Of a stretch of 29,463 nucleotides of DNA, positions 1-9,351 are shown piece after piece. Below the pieces are notes generated by a model. It worked only from the letters and a program-made list of their open reading frames with translations, ran no database searches and was not told where the DNA came from. The DNA lies in the IMG/VR virus record IMGVR_UViG_3300025018_000436, positions 1-29,463 of that record, one strand, 5' to 3'. This DNA comes from a virus. Lineage: Duplodnaviria > Caudoviricetes. Numbering within the stretch: position 1 is the stretch's first letter; each line of letters starts with the position of its first letter. The position numbers and the translations under genes were made by a program.

Positions 1-22
1 TAACCCCTTTATTTATTTATTG

Positions 23-820
23 TTAAATTCCAGTTATACTACCGGGAAATCTTGTTCTACGATAATATTTCAAATAATTAACTGGAACTGACTGCACTGT
101 AAATGTTTCACTTGTGGTAAATGTATGGATTGTGTTAGCTCCACTTGTTGTTATAGTTCCACCTGTTGCTGTATATCCAGCCCAATCTGCTGTAACGTAT
201 GAGAGTATAACAATTCCTGAACCTCCTGCTTTTGATGTCGTATAAGCAGCATTTCCACTGCCGCCATCCCCGCTATTTGCTGCGCTGTCCCCTATTTTAT
301 CTCCAGTAGACCCTGCGGCATAGGTAACTGCTGAGCCTGAAATAGAAGAGCTTTTTCCTACTCCTCCAGTCATTCCAGAAGCAGCTCCCCCTGCTCCTCC
401 ACCACCACCTGATACTGATGTTGGAGCTCCAGCCGCTCCATTATTTCCATATCCAGTTAAAGGAGATGAGCTCCCTTGATTTGCAGCTCCAGCCGCTCCT
501 GTAAAATTACCACCTCCACCACCTCCCGAACCTCCAGCTTTTCCATCTTTAGCAGCAGTATTTACAGCTCCACCACCGCCACCACCTCCGTTTGCAGTAT
601 GACTATTAAAGGTTGAATTTTGTCCATTATTTCCCTGTGCTAATTGTGCAACTCCTACTCCTCCCGCTCCTACAACAACAGGATATGCTCCAACAGTTAT
701 AACTTGGCTTCCTTCAAGATAACCACCACCACCGCCACCACCACCGTGAGCAACTCCCGCGTTTCCTCCACCACCAGAGCCTCCTCCACCGATTAAAAGA
801 ATTTCAAGTGTTAATGCCAT
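23..820 (-). CDS. Glycine-rich phage fibre/virion protein
   Basis: 265 aa with GGGGSGG, GGGGGGY, GGSGGGGG, 'AGGSGIVILSY' and 'GGTITTSGANTIHTFT', typical of phage glycine-rich fibre domains; lies in the fibre cluster. Confidence 0.75.
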   Translation of the reverse strand: MALTLEILLIGGGGSGGGGNAGVAHGGGGGGGGYLEGSQVITVGAYPVVVGAGGVGVAQLAQGNNGQNSTFNSHTANGGGGGGGAVNTAAKDGKAGGSGGGGGGNFTGAAGAANQGSSSPLTGYGNNGAAGAPTSVSGGGGGAGGAASGMTGGVGKSSSISGSAVTYAAGSTGDKIGDSAANSGDGGSGNAAYTTSKAGGSGIVILSYVTADWAGYTATGGTITTSGANTIHTFTTSETFTVQSVPVNYLKYYRRTRFPGSITGI

Positions 821-821
821 A

Positions 822-992
822 TTATTTTATTGATTTTTCTAACTTTTTGACATCTTTTATCGCTCCATCTAGTAATTCTAAAAAGTCCCCTACCTGTCTT
901 TTATCATCTGATAGCTCAAATGAAAGAGTCACTGAACCAGTGCTATTTGCGTATGAAAAGACTTGTTTTGTAGAGAGTGTTTTTTTTATCAT
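822..992 (-). CDS. Small hypothetical protein (56 aa)
   Basis: ATG at 992 (MIKKTLSTKQ...) avoids the overlap with the upstream gene that the track's 1085 start has; stop lies just before the next start at 820. Confidence 0.6.
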   Translation of the reverse strand: MIKKTLSTKQVFSYANSTGSVTLSFELSDDKRQVGDFLELLDGAIKDVKKLEKSIK

Positions 993-1005
993 GGTTAATT
1001 TATAA

Positions 1006-1365
1006 TTAGTCCGTAATTGAATTAACAAATCCACTAATTGTAATAACATTTGCTGTTCCTGCAAAAGCCTTAACAACCATTTCATTTTGAAGAATAAGTC
1101 CCGGAATTAAAAGCACAAGACCTGATTCTGCCGCTATCGTTGACTCAATATTTCCATCTGGCGCTGTTGCTTCTCCCCATTCTATCGTTAATTTAACATC
1201 ACTCGCCGAAGAATTAACCGCATACAACCATATCTCATCAAATGTCCCTGCTGTAGTACCTGCTACTGCGGTGTGGATAGTAGTTCCTGCTGTTGCGGTT
1301 GCAACGACTTTAATTTGTTTCCCGTCTGTAGATCCTGATAATTTTCTTTTTACTACTGTTGCCAT
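1006..1365 (-). CDS. Small beta-rich virion structural protein
   Basis: 119 aa, Thr/Ala/Val-rich ('FDEIWLYAVN', 'ANVITISGFVN'); between fibre genes. Confidence 0.6.
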   Translation of the reverse strand: MATVVKRKLSGSTDGKQIKVVATATAGTTIHTAVAGTTAGTFDEIWLYAVNSSASDVKLTIEWGEATAPDGNIESTIAAESGLVLLIPGLILQNEMVVKAFAGTANVITISGFVNSITD

Positions 1366-1383
1366 ATATTTTTATAATAATTT

Positions 1384-2376
<993 letters not shown>

Positions 2377-2380
2377 TTAT

Positions 2381-2542
2381 TTATGCCTCCACTTTTGCCT
2401 TTAGCTCCCAATTGTTAAAACCTTCTTGATAAAGTAATACTTGATCTTCGTCAACTCCAACAAGAATTTGACTGCCGTCTGGAGTATGAATTTCCTCGTC
2501 ATCCCCTTGCTGCTCTATCTTTATTTTTGTTTCCCATGACAT
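2381..2542 (-). CDS. Small acidic protein (53 aa), not in ORF track
   Basis: MSWETKIKIEQQGDDEEIHTPDGSQILVGVDEDQVLLYQEGFNNWELKAKVEA; fills the gap between the genes at 2544 and 2376. Confidence 0.7.
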   Translation of the reverse strand: MSWETKIKIEQQGDDEEIHTPDGSQILVGVDEDQVLLYQEGFNNWELKAKVEA

Positions 2543-2543
2543 G

Positions 2544-2882
2544 TTATTTTTCAATAACTATCAACGTTGCACTTGCTTCTCTTTCAATAAAGTTAGCAGC
2601 AGTAATACTATCTGGAACAATAAAGTTCTTCTGTTGTCCTGCAATAATAACCTCGTCAAAATTCGATGCTGTGACATCGTCTGCTCCCCATTTAAGATAT
2701 ATGTCTTTTGCTATTGCATATACGCTTATATATGTTGTGGATGTGTTGAATACTATTTCGGTTGTGGCCGATATAGTCGCGTCAACTGTCCTTGCTAGAG
2801 CGGTGACACTTGGTGTCAAGCTTAATGTAGATAGATTTTCTGCTGTATATTTTATTCTATTATTTGCGTCTTTTCTAAACAT
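2544..2882 (-). CDS. Small beta-rich virion structural protein
   Basis: 112 aa, beta-strand-like composition; downstream of capsid/decoration genes. Confidence 0.55.
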   Translation of the reverse strand: MFRKDANNRIKYTAENLSTLSLTPSVTALARTVDATISATTEIVFNTSTTYISVYAIAKDIYLKWGADDVTASNFDEVIIAGQQKNFIVPDSITAANFIEREASATLIVIEK

Positions 2883-2898
2883 ATTATTTTTTTTAAAT

Positions 2899-2933
2899 TA
2901 CAACGTTGTAGAGGGTTTTTATATAGAACCCTC
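2899..2933. other. Intergenic palindrome plus hairpin
   Basis: Perfect palindrome TACAACGTTGTA (2899-2910) adjoining stem GAGGGTT...AACCCTC (2911-2933); no U-tract on the coding strand. Confidence 0.45.
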
Positions 2934-2948
2934 CAAAACTATGTGAAA

Positions 2949-3932
2949 TTAACTACTTGTAACACTCGTCAACATAATGTAATAAGCTGTTCCGCCTATT
3001 AACACTCTTAATGCGTGTGTTGCATCAGCTGCTGTATTTGTTTGAAATAGTTTCCCAGCTGCTGGGGTCAAACCATTCAGTATAAACAAATATCCATTTG
3101 TGTCCATCTCTGCTACTGCGTCTCCCTGAACAGACATGTATTGAAATGCTGTTGGAGTTCCTGCACCTGTAGTAAAGCTGGCTGGCAAATTAAGTTCTAG
3201 TTCTAAGGCTGCATAATTTCCAGTCGTAAGAGCTGCACTTGGTAAAGTCATTTCAGCAACTACTGCTGAAGCAAGTCCAGTTACTCTACCGGCTGCTCCG
3301 AATGAGACCTCTCCTTTAAGAGCGTTGGCCCATCCGCCAAGAGCTACATTAGTTGTCATAATCGCTTTTACACGACCGCCAACTTGTCCTACTCCTGTTA
3401 AAACAGTACTGAATAGTACCGGTTCGTATGATGTCCCAGCATCTGTAGATGATTGTGTGGTATATACAGAGTAAGCCTTGTCTGCAACTGCTGTATGAGC
3501 AAGAGGGGACCCAGACGTTCCTAGCCCCAACATTGATCCTAATACTTTTCCTGCCCCTATAGCAGACACTCCAGCATTAGTTATTGTAACATCTCCACTC
3601 ATCGTAACTGCTACGCCTATTGCTGAAGCATTACCTACAAGCATCGTTCCATCTGCCATTGCTATTTCGGCTGCATCAACGCTTCCGACTAAATTAAAAT
3701 CGGACAGAAGAGTAGTACCTTGATTTGAGTATAATCCTTTTGTTCCATCAGCAGCATCCGTCTTTATAAAAAGACACTCTTTTGCAAAACCGACTGAATC
3801 TGCGGTTGGAACAGTAGTACCTGAAGCTTTCAGGATATTTCCGTCACCATCATATTCCAATACTTTAACAGCAATGGAATTAATGGTCCTATTATGGCCT
3901 GCTAATTTTATTGCTCGATTAAAAACTTTCAT
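2949..3932 (-). CDS. Putative head decoration/head fibre protein
   Basis: 327 aa, Ala/Gly/Thr-rich with 'MSGDVTITNAGVSAIGAGKV'; directly after the capsid gene; preceded by AAAGGA. Confidence 0.55.
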   Translation of the reverse strand: MKVFNRAIKLAGHNRTINSIAVKVLEYDGDGNILKASGTTVPTADSVGFAKECLFIKTDAADGTKGLYSNQGTTLLSDFNLVGSVDAAEIAMADGTMLVGNASAIGVAVTMSGDVTITNAGVSAIGAGKVLGSMLGLGTSGSPLAHTAVADKAYSVYTTQSSTDAGTSYEPVLFSTVLTGVGQVGGRVKAIMTTNVALGGWANALKGEVSFGAAGRVTGLASAVVAEMTLPSAALTTGNYAALELELNLPASFTTGAGTPTAFQYMSVQGDAVAEMDTNGYLFILNGLTPAAGKLFQTNTAADATHALRVLIGGTAYYIMLTSVTSS

Positions 3933-3946
3933 ATATTTTTTCCTTT

Positions 3947-4005
3947 CGTGGGTGTTCCCCCCGCCTAGAGTTTCCCCTGAGCGGGAGGAGGAATTTTCAA
4001 CCCGT
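3947..4005 (-). promoter_or_regulatory. GC-rich RNA stem-loop with GAAA tetraloop between capsid and next gene
   Basis: RNA UCCUCCCGC-UC-AGGG-GAAA-CUCU-AG-GCGGGGGGA, with G-U pairs that work only on the minus strand; outer GGGU/ACCC pairing. Confidence 0.6.
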
Positions 4006-4021
4006 ATTCACTTACTTGTAA

Positions 4022-5173
4022 TTAGAATCCACTTGCATCTTGAGTTAGACTAACCATAAGATCTGCTCCATCGCTAAACGTCTCAGCTCCTACGCCGATA
4101 ACGCCTTTTGGTAGTTTTGCAAATCCTTTTTCTTTGTCGCCTACATCAATTTTCATGAACTGTACCACTAAGTCAATAGCTCCTCTTGTCATAAATGACG
4201 AGGTCTGTTGTAGAGAACTCCAGACGTTCGTACTGTCTGTGAGAGCTTCTGAGACAGATATGTCACCAAAACCGGAGAATACCATTGTTTCAGCTGAAGT
4301 ACATGTTACTCTGCGCTTTCTGCGTAGCATGAATATATCTCTCGCTGCGAGTTCGATATATGCACTGCCTGCGCCGGCTCCACCTTCTACTGCGGCCTTA
4401 AGATTTGCGCGAGCTGTTGCTGCTGCTGCAATATCTACATCTCCTGCAACTGTTGGGGAAGCTTTAAAAGTAAATGTTACTCCTGAAATAGTAACCGTAT
4501 CGCCTTCAGATGGTTGAGCATCAATTAATAATGAGCCAGTCCATGGTAGGTTGTTGTTTTGAACAACAGTCCATCCATTCCAAGGTCCAACAACACCATT
4601 TGCTAGTACTGAATCACCAAGTGATGTTTCACGTTCTCCTTTTGCTCTGCGAAGTTTTGCAACAGTTCTAGGTCCTAATACGATTGCTCGCATTGCTGTT
4701 TCAAAAGGTGCATCAAAAGCTCCAAGTTTTCCTTCTGCTTCTTCAAGGATGTCAAGAATATTTGCTGAAGACACCGTTACAGGTGATCCAGAAATAGTTT
4801 GACTTGCATTTGAAAGTTCTGAAAGAAATTTCTGCTCAATAGTGTTGCTCAGTCCTTTTCGGATTGACATTAATGAGTGCTCAAGGAGGTTGTAAGGAGT
4901 TTGTTCCTCTTCTGTGATATCGATATCTTCTGCCGCATACTCAAACGTGTCAACAGTAAGCGTCTGCTTTGTTGCTGTTTTTGTATCAAAATCAATATCA
5001 CTGTGAGGAGTGTAAGTCCCAACTTGTGGGTGAGATAGGATAGGCTTATGTGCCTTATATCCATTTGAACTAATTATATTTTCTAGGGATTGATTGGCCA
5101 AATAAACTGCTGTGTTTTTCACATACAGATCGGCTTGTAGGTCTCCCCAAAATTCTTTTCTTGCGTCGTCCAT
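4022..5173 (-). CDS. Major capsid protein with inserted beta-rich domain
   Basis: 383 aa after the scaffold gene; 'VGTYTP...TLTVDTFEY...IDITEEEQ', 'G..GWTVVQNNNLP' and C-terminal 'GAETF' resemble P22-coat-like HK97-fold capsids. Confidence 0.75.
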   Translation of the reverse strand: MDDARKEFWGDLQADLYVKNTAVYLANQSLENIISSNGYKAHKPILSHPQVGTYTPHSDIDFDTKTATKQTLTVDTFEYAAEDIDITEEEQTPYNLLEHSLMSIRKGLSNTIEQKFLSELSNASQTISGSPVTVSSANILDILEEAEGKLGAFDAPFETAMRAIVLGPRTVAKLRRAKGERETSLGDSVLANGVVGPWNGWTVVQNNNLPWTGSLLIDAQPSEGDTVTISGVTFTFKASPTVAGDVDIAAAATARANLKAAVEGGAGAGSAYIELAARDIFMLRRKRRVTCTSAETMVFSGFGDISVSEALTDSTNVWSSLQQTSSFMTRGAIDLVVQFMKIDVGDKEKGFAKLPKGVIGVGAETFSDGADLMVSLTQDASGF

Positions 5174-5226
5174 ATTTAAAAAAATAAAATAATAAATACT
5201 ATAGCAAGATCGGGGAGGTCCGGTTG

Positions 5227-5877
5227 TTATGCCCTAGCTTTTGCCTTCGCCGCCTTTGCGTCATTCCATTGTTTAATTCCTTCTGGAGAATTAAAATCGA
5301 AATCTGCTGGGTCCAGTGGCTTCGATGGGTCAAAGCTTGGTGTATAAGTTCCCTTGCTCGATCGTCTAGGAGTTGCAGATTGAATCCGCGCCTCCTTTTC
5401 AATTTCCTGTTTCCTCGAAAGGATATATGGAAGTTGAGACGCCTCTCTTACCGATATGTTTTTTAGCTTGGCAAAGTCTTTAACTTCAGACTTAAGTTCT
5501 TCTGGAAGGTTGAGACTTTCAAGGTCTCTCTGTTCTAGAATACTTTTAACTCTTTGGTCTACCAACTCTTCCGAGTTTAATAACACATCCTTATTTGGTG
5601 TAACACCTTTCGCCGGATTACCCGTCGAATTTGCAGGAAATTGTTTGGCTTTTTCCCTCCAGCTTATCTTTTGCTTTATGGCTCCAGATAATCTTTCACG
5701 TTGGGATTTTTCCCTGTCAACAAGTTTATTGAGCAGCTCTACTTCAGTTTCAGGATCAATTCCCAAATCTTCTGCGAGTTTCTCTCTCAGCTCGTCAACA
5801 TTAACTTCCTTACTTGCCTCCTCTTCAGCTTTTTGCTCCTCGGGTGACACTTCGAGGTCTTTATTTTCTTTGTCCAT
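5227..5877 (-). CDS. Capsid scaffolding protein
   Basis: 216 aa, acidic N-terminus, helical, short basic C-terminal helix (WNDAKAAKAKARA); directly upstream of the capsid gene. Confidence 0.7.
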   Translation of the reverse strand: MDKENKDLEVSPEEQKAEEEASKEVNVDELREKLAEDLGIDPETEVELLNKLVDREKSQRERLSGAIKQKISWREKAKQFPANSTGNPAKGVTPNKDVLLNSEELVDQRVKSILEQRDLESLNLPEELKSEVKDFAKLKNISVREASQLPYILSRKQEIEKEARIQSATPRRSSKGTYTPSFDPSKPLDPADFDFNSPEGIKQWNDAKAAKAKARA

Positions 5878-5922
5878 AGGACGTTGTTTTTTGCTCTAAT
5901 TTTAAGCGAGCGAGCTTATACT

Positions 5923-5944
5923 AAAAAACCGCCTGTTTGGCGGT
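5923..5944 (-). terminator. Intrinsic terminator upstream of the scaffold gene
   Basis: RNA ACCGCC-AAACA-GGCGGU followed by UUUUU. Confidence 0.7.
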
Positions 5945-6016
5945 ATGGTTTGGAGAAGAGAAAGCATTGTAAGCAACTCTTCCCCTAACTATAACGCCAA
6001 GGGTCTACAATGCTTT
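5923..6016 (-). promoter_or_regulatory. Attenuator-like leader with mutually exclusive helices
   Basis: Terminator 5923-5944; long hairpin 5937-6000 that sequesters its 5' arm; 11-bp helix 6006-6016 with 5961-5971. Confidence 0.55.
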
Positions 6017-6032
6017 TACTAAATTGTGATTA

Positions 6033-6371
6033 TTATACTACACTATCAATAAGGTGTCCACAAGCTGGGCAACTCATACCTTTTTTCAAATGTTTAAGTA
6101 CGACTGTATAGTTTTTACGTCCAATAATAAATTCTTCCGCTAAATCTTTAAATTCTTTTCCATGAACCTCAAGGGTGTATCGTCTTACTTCGTGCATTCC
6201 GTTCATAATTAGCGCTGTGTTCGGTGTCTCTTTTTTCTCTTTACCTTTTGTCTCTTCTGCGGGAGATGTCTCTTCGCTCTCAGTTATTAATTTTTTAAGC
6301 TCTTCAGCTGATATTCCAACTGATTTTATTCCTAGCGCAGCTGCCTTTTTTTGCATGTCTTTGTATTTCAT
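6033..6371 (-). CDS. Hypothetical protein with N-terminal Rho-N/HeH-like motif and C-terminal CPACG
   Basis: 112 aa; 'YKDMQKKAAALGIKSVGISAEELKKLI' fits a helix-G-I-helix pattern; single CxxC. Confidence 0.55.
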   Translation of the reverse strand: MKYKDMQKKAAALGIKSVGISAEELKKLITESEETSPAEETKGKEKKETPNTALIMNGMHEVRRYTLEVHGKEFKDLAEEFIIGRKNYTVVLKHLKKGMSCPACGHLIDSVV

Positions 6372-6385
6372 ATATAAAATAAATA

Positions 6386-6883
6386 TTAATTAATTGTCTT
6401 ACTCTCATCTTCTTTAATTAAAATGAGTATTCCTGTCATTTGTTTCGTGTTTATGTTTTCTGGTATATCACTTGTTTTTATCATCTGGAGGTCCACGTCT
6501 ATTTTTTCTTCTAAAATAGCCGAAAACTCTTTCATCTGCTTTTCTCTATCGCTTATTACTTGCTTATATTCTCCTTGCAACTCAATAAGCTTAAGATCGA
6601 ATTTATTTTGATCTTTAATATTGTATACTTGAGCGCCCTCTCTTATAATAATTTCCGGTACTCCATCCTTTTTAACCGAATGAGACTTTGCAAGTTCCAC
6701 TCTTTTATTGTCATATTCTGAATATTCCTTAGAAGGAATATAAGCTTTTTTAAGGGATTCTATTTCAGCTTGAAGGTTAGAAATATTTTTTGCTACTGCA
6801 TAACTAAACCGTACGCCAGAAAGGTCGCCAAGACTATTAAGGCATTCGTAAAGATCGAGAGCTTGTTTTTTAGTTATTTGCAT
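6386..6883 (-). CDS. Helical hypothetical phage protein
   Basis: 165 aa ORF; TGaTAATAT 6 nt before the ATG. Confidence 0.6.
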   Translation of the reverse strand: MQITKKQALDLYECLNSLGDLSGVRFSYAVAKNISNLQAEIESLKKAYIPSKEYSEYDNKRVELAKSHSVKKDGVPEIIIREGAQVYNIKDQNKFDLKLIELQGEYKQVISDREKQMKEFSAILEEKIDVDLQMIKTSDIPENINTKQMTGILILIKEDESKTIN

Positions 6884-6895
6884 ATATTTATATTA

Positions 6896-7039
6896 TCATA
6901 AACCATAACGTTTTGATACCTTTTTTGATCTGAGCAATCTTTTCTTTTTGAGAAGATCTTTTAAGTCTGGATTTTTAGCCTCTTCAACTGCTTTTTCTAA
7001 AAAAACTCTGATCTGGTTTTTAGTACTTTGATTGTTCAT
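6896..7039 (-). CDS. Small basic protein (47 aa) ending SKRYGL, not in ORF track
   Basis: MNNQSTKNQIRVFLEKAVEEAKNPDLKDLLKKKRLLRSKKVSKRYGL; fills the gap between 7048 and 6883. Confidence 0.65.
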   Translation of the reverse strand: MNNQSTKNQIRVFLEKAVEEAKNPDLKDLLKKKRLLRSKKVSKRYGL

Positions 7040-7047
7040 AAGTCATG

Positions 7048-7314
7048 TCATAGTCCGCGTCTTTTTTCTGCGTCTCTAATTTGTTCCTTTGTGTACTCTA
7101 TTTTCTTTGCATTTCTTACAAATGGAGAGAGTATTGACTCTAGCATCATGATTGATTTTTCACGCACTCGGGATTCTTCTCCGGCTTGCTCATTTGAAAG
7201 TTTATTCATTCCATCGACGGTGTCGAGTTCGTATATCTTGGAAATAAGATATTCTTCAAATTCTTTGTAGTATCTGCTGTCTTTTATTTCCTCAACTAAT
7301 TTATCTGAAAGCAT
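7048..7314 (-). CDS. Small helical protein, possibly portal/head-associated
   Basis: 88 aa directly after terL; size and helical pattern recall small genes next to podovirus portal genes; ends EKRRGL. Confidence 0.55.
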   Translation of the reverse strand: MLSDKLVEEIKDSRYYKEFEEYLISKIYELDTVDGMNKLSNEQAGEESRVREKSIMMLESILSPFVRNAKKIEYTKEQIRDAEKRRGL

Positions 7315-7326
7315 AAATAAATTATA

Positions 7327-8823
7327 TCATAATCCATGTTTACGTTCTATAGATGCTTTTCTTTCCTTTCTTTCGTGTCTCACTATAGCTCTTTGATACT
7401 CACTTACAGGCTTTTCTGCTATGTCATTTTGGTACGCCAATGCGTCAATGACGTCGTCTTTTGATCCTTTTGGAAATACAACTAATTGATCTTCGAGATC
7501 TTTACATTCACCCTCTATATGAAATACAGAGCCGGTTGAATACCTTGGAATAAGCCCGCGTATTCTAACCTCTTTATTCCTCCCGCCATGTTTGAGGGGA
7601 ATAATATTTGGAAACTTATCTCTCTTCCTGCATTCATCTTTAAAAAATGGCTCTATGGCTTTTAAGTAAACAGTCTCCTCAATACCTATTTTTTCAAATC
7701 CTTCATCGTGAAGCTGAAACACAATGTTTATAAGCTCGGCAGAATCTATATGTACTCCGACAGCTTTGATATACCAATTGTTTTCCTGATCTACATAGTT
7801 GCGAACAATACCAGTATCATCATTCTCAAGATTTTTTCCGCCGGGATCTAAAGTAGCAAATTTGCGCGTGTTAAGCACCTCCACTGCGGACCATGAACGA
7901 GTTTTCATCCATTCCTCTTTGAACTCTTGATTGGCAGATGTAATAGGATTTGCCTGATATAATGCAGCAAATTCATAAGGTCCAAGAGCTGCTTCTGTTT
8001 TCTTTAACTTCTCTATTGGGAATCTCTCAGGCCAGAGCGCCTCACCTTTTTTTCTAAACTGTTCGTCCTCTGTAGCTATTGCCGGAAATGTAACGACTGC
8101 CCACTTATCATAGTTCTCAACACCATTTCTCTCGTCATCTTCTTGCTGTTTAATTAACCTTCCCACTAGATCATCAGTATGCCAGCGGGTGTTTATTATA
8201 ATAATGGCTGTATTGCCTCTCTGTCGTGTGTAGAACGTGGACCTATACCAATCCCAGCGTGAATCACGAATAACCTTCGAGTTGGCTTCCTCTCTGTTTT
8301 TAAAAGGATCATCGATTATTCCTATCTTGAATCCCATTCCGGTTATTGCTCCCCCTACTCCAACTGCGGTATAACTTCCCCCATCTCCTGTTTTCCAGTA
8401 GCCCTTTGATTTTGTATCTTGTCTCAATCTTGCACTGAATATTGTCCTGTATCTCTCTGATTGCATTATGTCCCTTGTGTCCTGTCCAAATCTTGTGGCA
8501 AGATCGCTTGAATATGAGCCTACAATGACAGGCCATTCTGGATGATGTCCTAGAGACCATGCCGGAAACATTTGTGTTGCGGTGTAGCTTTTTCCAACCT
8601 GTGGGGGGGTCTGTATTATAACGCGGGCGTCTTCTCCTCTTTCAACTTTTTCAAGTGAAGACTGCAAGACTGTTGCAATAGTTTCATGAAACCATGTATC
8701 TTGATACTTTGGGTCAATGGCTATAGCAAAATCAATAAGATATTTATTCGCTTGGTGTACCACCATCATCTCTTTTTCTTTCTGAGAGACGACTGGCAAT
8801 TCTGTCGATTTGTTCATCATCAA
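7327..8823 (-). CDS. terL: Terminase large subunit
   Basis: Walker A PPQVGKS, Walker B IIDDP, TRWHTDDLVGRL, ALYQANP, nuclease acidic motifs TLDPGG, IGIEE and KDDVIDALAY; true start may be 8769. Confidence 0.95.
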   Translation of the reverse strand: MMMNKSTELPVVSQKEKEMMVVHQANKYLIDFAIAIDPKYQDTWFHETIATVLQSSLEKVERGEDARVIIQTPPQVGKSYTATQMFPAWSLGHHPEWPVIVGSYSSDLATRFGQDTRDIMQSERYRTIFSARLRQDTKSKGYWKTGDGGSYTAVGVGGAITGMGFKIGIIDDPFKNREEANSKVIRDSRWDWYRSTFYTRQRGNTAIIIINTRWHTDDLVGRLIKQQEDDERNGVENYDKWAVVTFPAIATEDEQFRKKGEALWPERFPIEKLKKTEAALGPYEFAALYQANPITSANQEFKEEWMKTRSWSAVEVLNTRKFATLDPGGKNLENDDTGIVRNYVDQENNWYIKAVGVHIDSAELINIVFQLHDEGFEKIGIEETVYLKAIEPFFKDECRKRDKFPNIIPLKHGGRNKEVRIRGLIPRYSTGSVFHIEGECKDLEDQLVVFPKGSKDDVIDALAYQNDIAEKPVSEYQRAIVRHERKERKASIERKHGL

Positions 8824-9154
8824 ATTTATTTGTTAACTCACCATCGTATATTATTTTCTGTGGAGCCTTACCTTCTGTACGATCTGTTACTTCAACAAGG
8901 TACTTAAGGTCTGTTCTTGCTTCTCTAACTGAAGCGTATGCGAGGTCTTGGGCTACAGTCCTTTCATCTTCTGGGTGATCTGTCTCCCACTTTGAAAATT
9001 GCGCAGCTGTGAGTCTAATTAACATGTTGTATTGTTCCCCTATGGAGTCTTCTTTTTTCCATCGTCCGGAACCTCTATTTTCTGGGTGTTCTACGAATCC
9101 CCCCTTGCCTTCTGGATTATTTACTGTGCCAAATGGCGCTCCCTTTTTTTTCAT
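8744..9154 (-). CDS. terS: Terminase small subunit
   Basis: 136 aa directly upstream of and overlapping terL; 'NPEGKGG...PENRGSGRW' N-terminus and 'DRTEGKAPQ'. Confidence 0.75.
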   Translation of the reverse strand: MKKKGAPFGTVNNPEGKGGFVEHPENRGSGRWKKEDSIGEQYNMLIRLTAAQFSKWETDHPEDERTVAQDLAYASVREARTDLKYLVEVTDRTEGKAPQKIIYDGELTNKFDDEQIDRIASRLSERKRDDGGTPSE

Positions 9155-9192
9155 GTAATCATTATAACATTATGATAATATAAGTTGTATAT
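9155..9192. promoter_or_regulatory. Divergent promoter region; extended -10 for a leaderless terS
   Basis: Minus strand TGTTATAAT (9169-9161), then 6 nt, then ATG; a plus-strand ORF starts at 9193. Confidence 0.65.
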
Positions 9193-9351
9193 ATGAAGTA
9201 TGTAAGTTATTTTTTAGGAGTCTTGTTTATATCGTGGCTTTACCACTTGTTGTTTGAAGCTTCTTTGTCTGAATCAATCGCAGTCGCATTTTTTTTCTCT
9301 TGGTTGTCGTATCTACAATTTCACTTTATGGGAATTGTAAAATACGATTAA
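9193..9351 (+). CDS. Antisense 52-aa membrane microprotein (two hydrophobic segments), not in ORF track
   Basis: MKYVSYFLGVLFISWLYHLLFEASLSESIAVAFFFSWLSYLQFHFMGIVKYD; fills the whole gap; its stop overlaps the stop of the 1884-aa gene. Confidence 0.6.
   Translation: MKYVSYFLGVLFISWLYHLLFEASLSESIAVAFFFSWLSYLQFHFMGIVKYD

Noticed and set aside
5199-5226. GC-rich patch between scaffold and capsid as a terminator
   Set aside because: Only 3-4 bp of pairing; no convincing stem despite the T-rich tail
6890-7335. GL C-termini as a by-product of promoters overlapping stop codons
   Set aside because: The gene ending at 17005 has the overlapping promoter but ends LEN; the 88-aa gene ends GL with no TAnnnT after its TGA; the adaptor ends GL on a TAA stop
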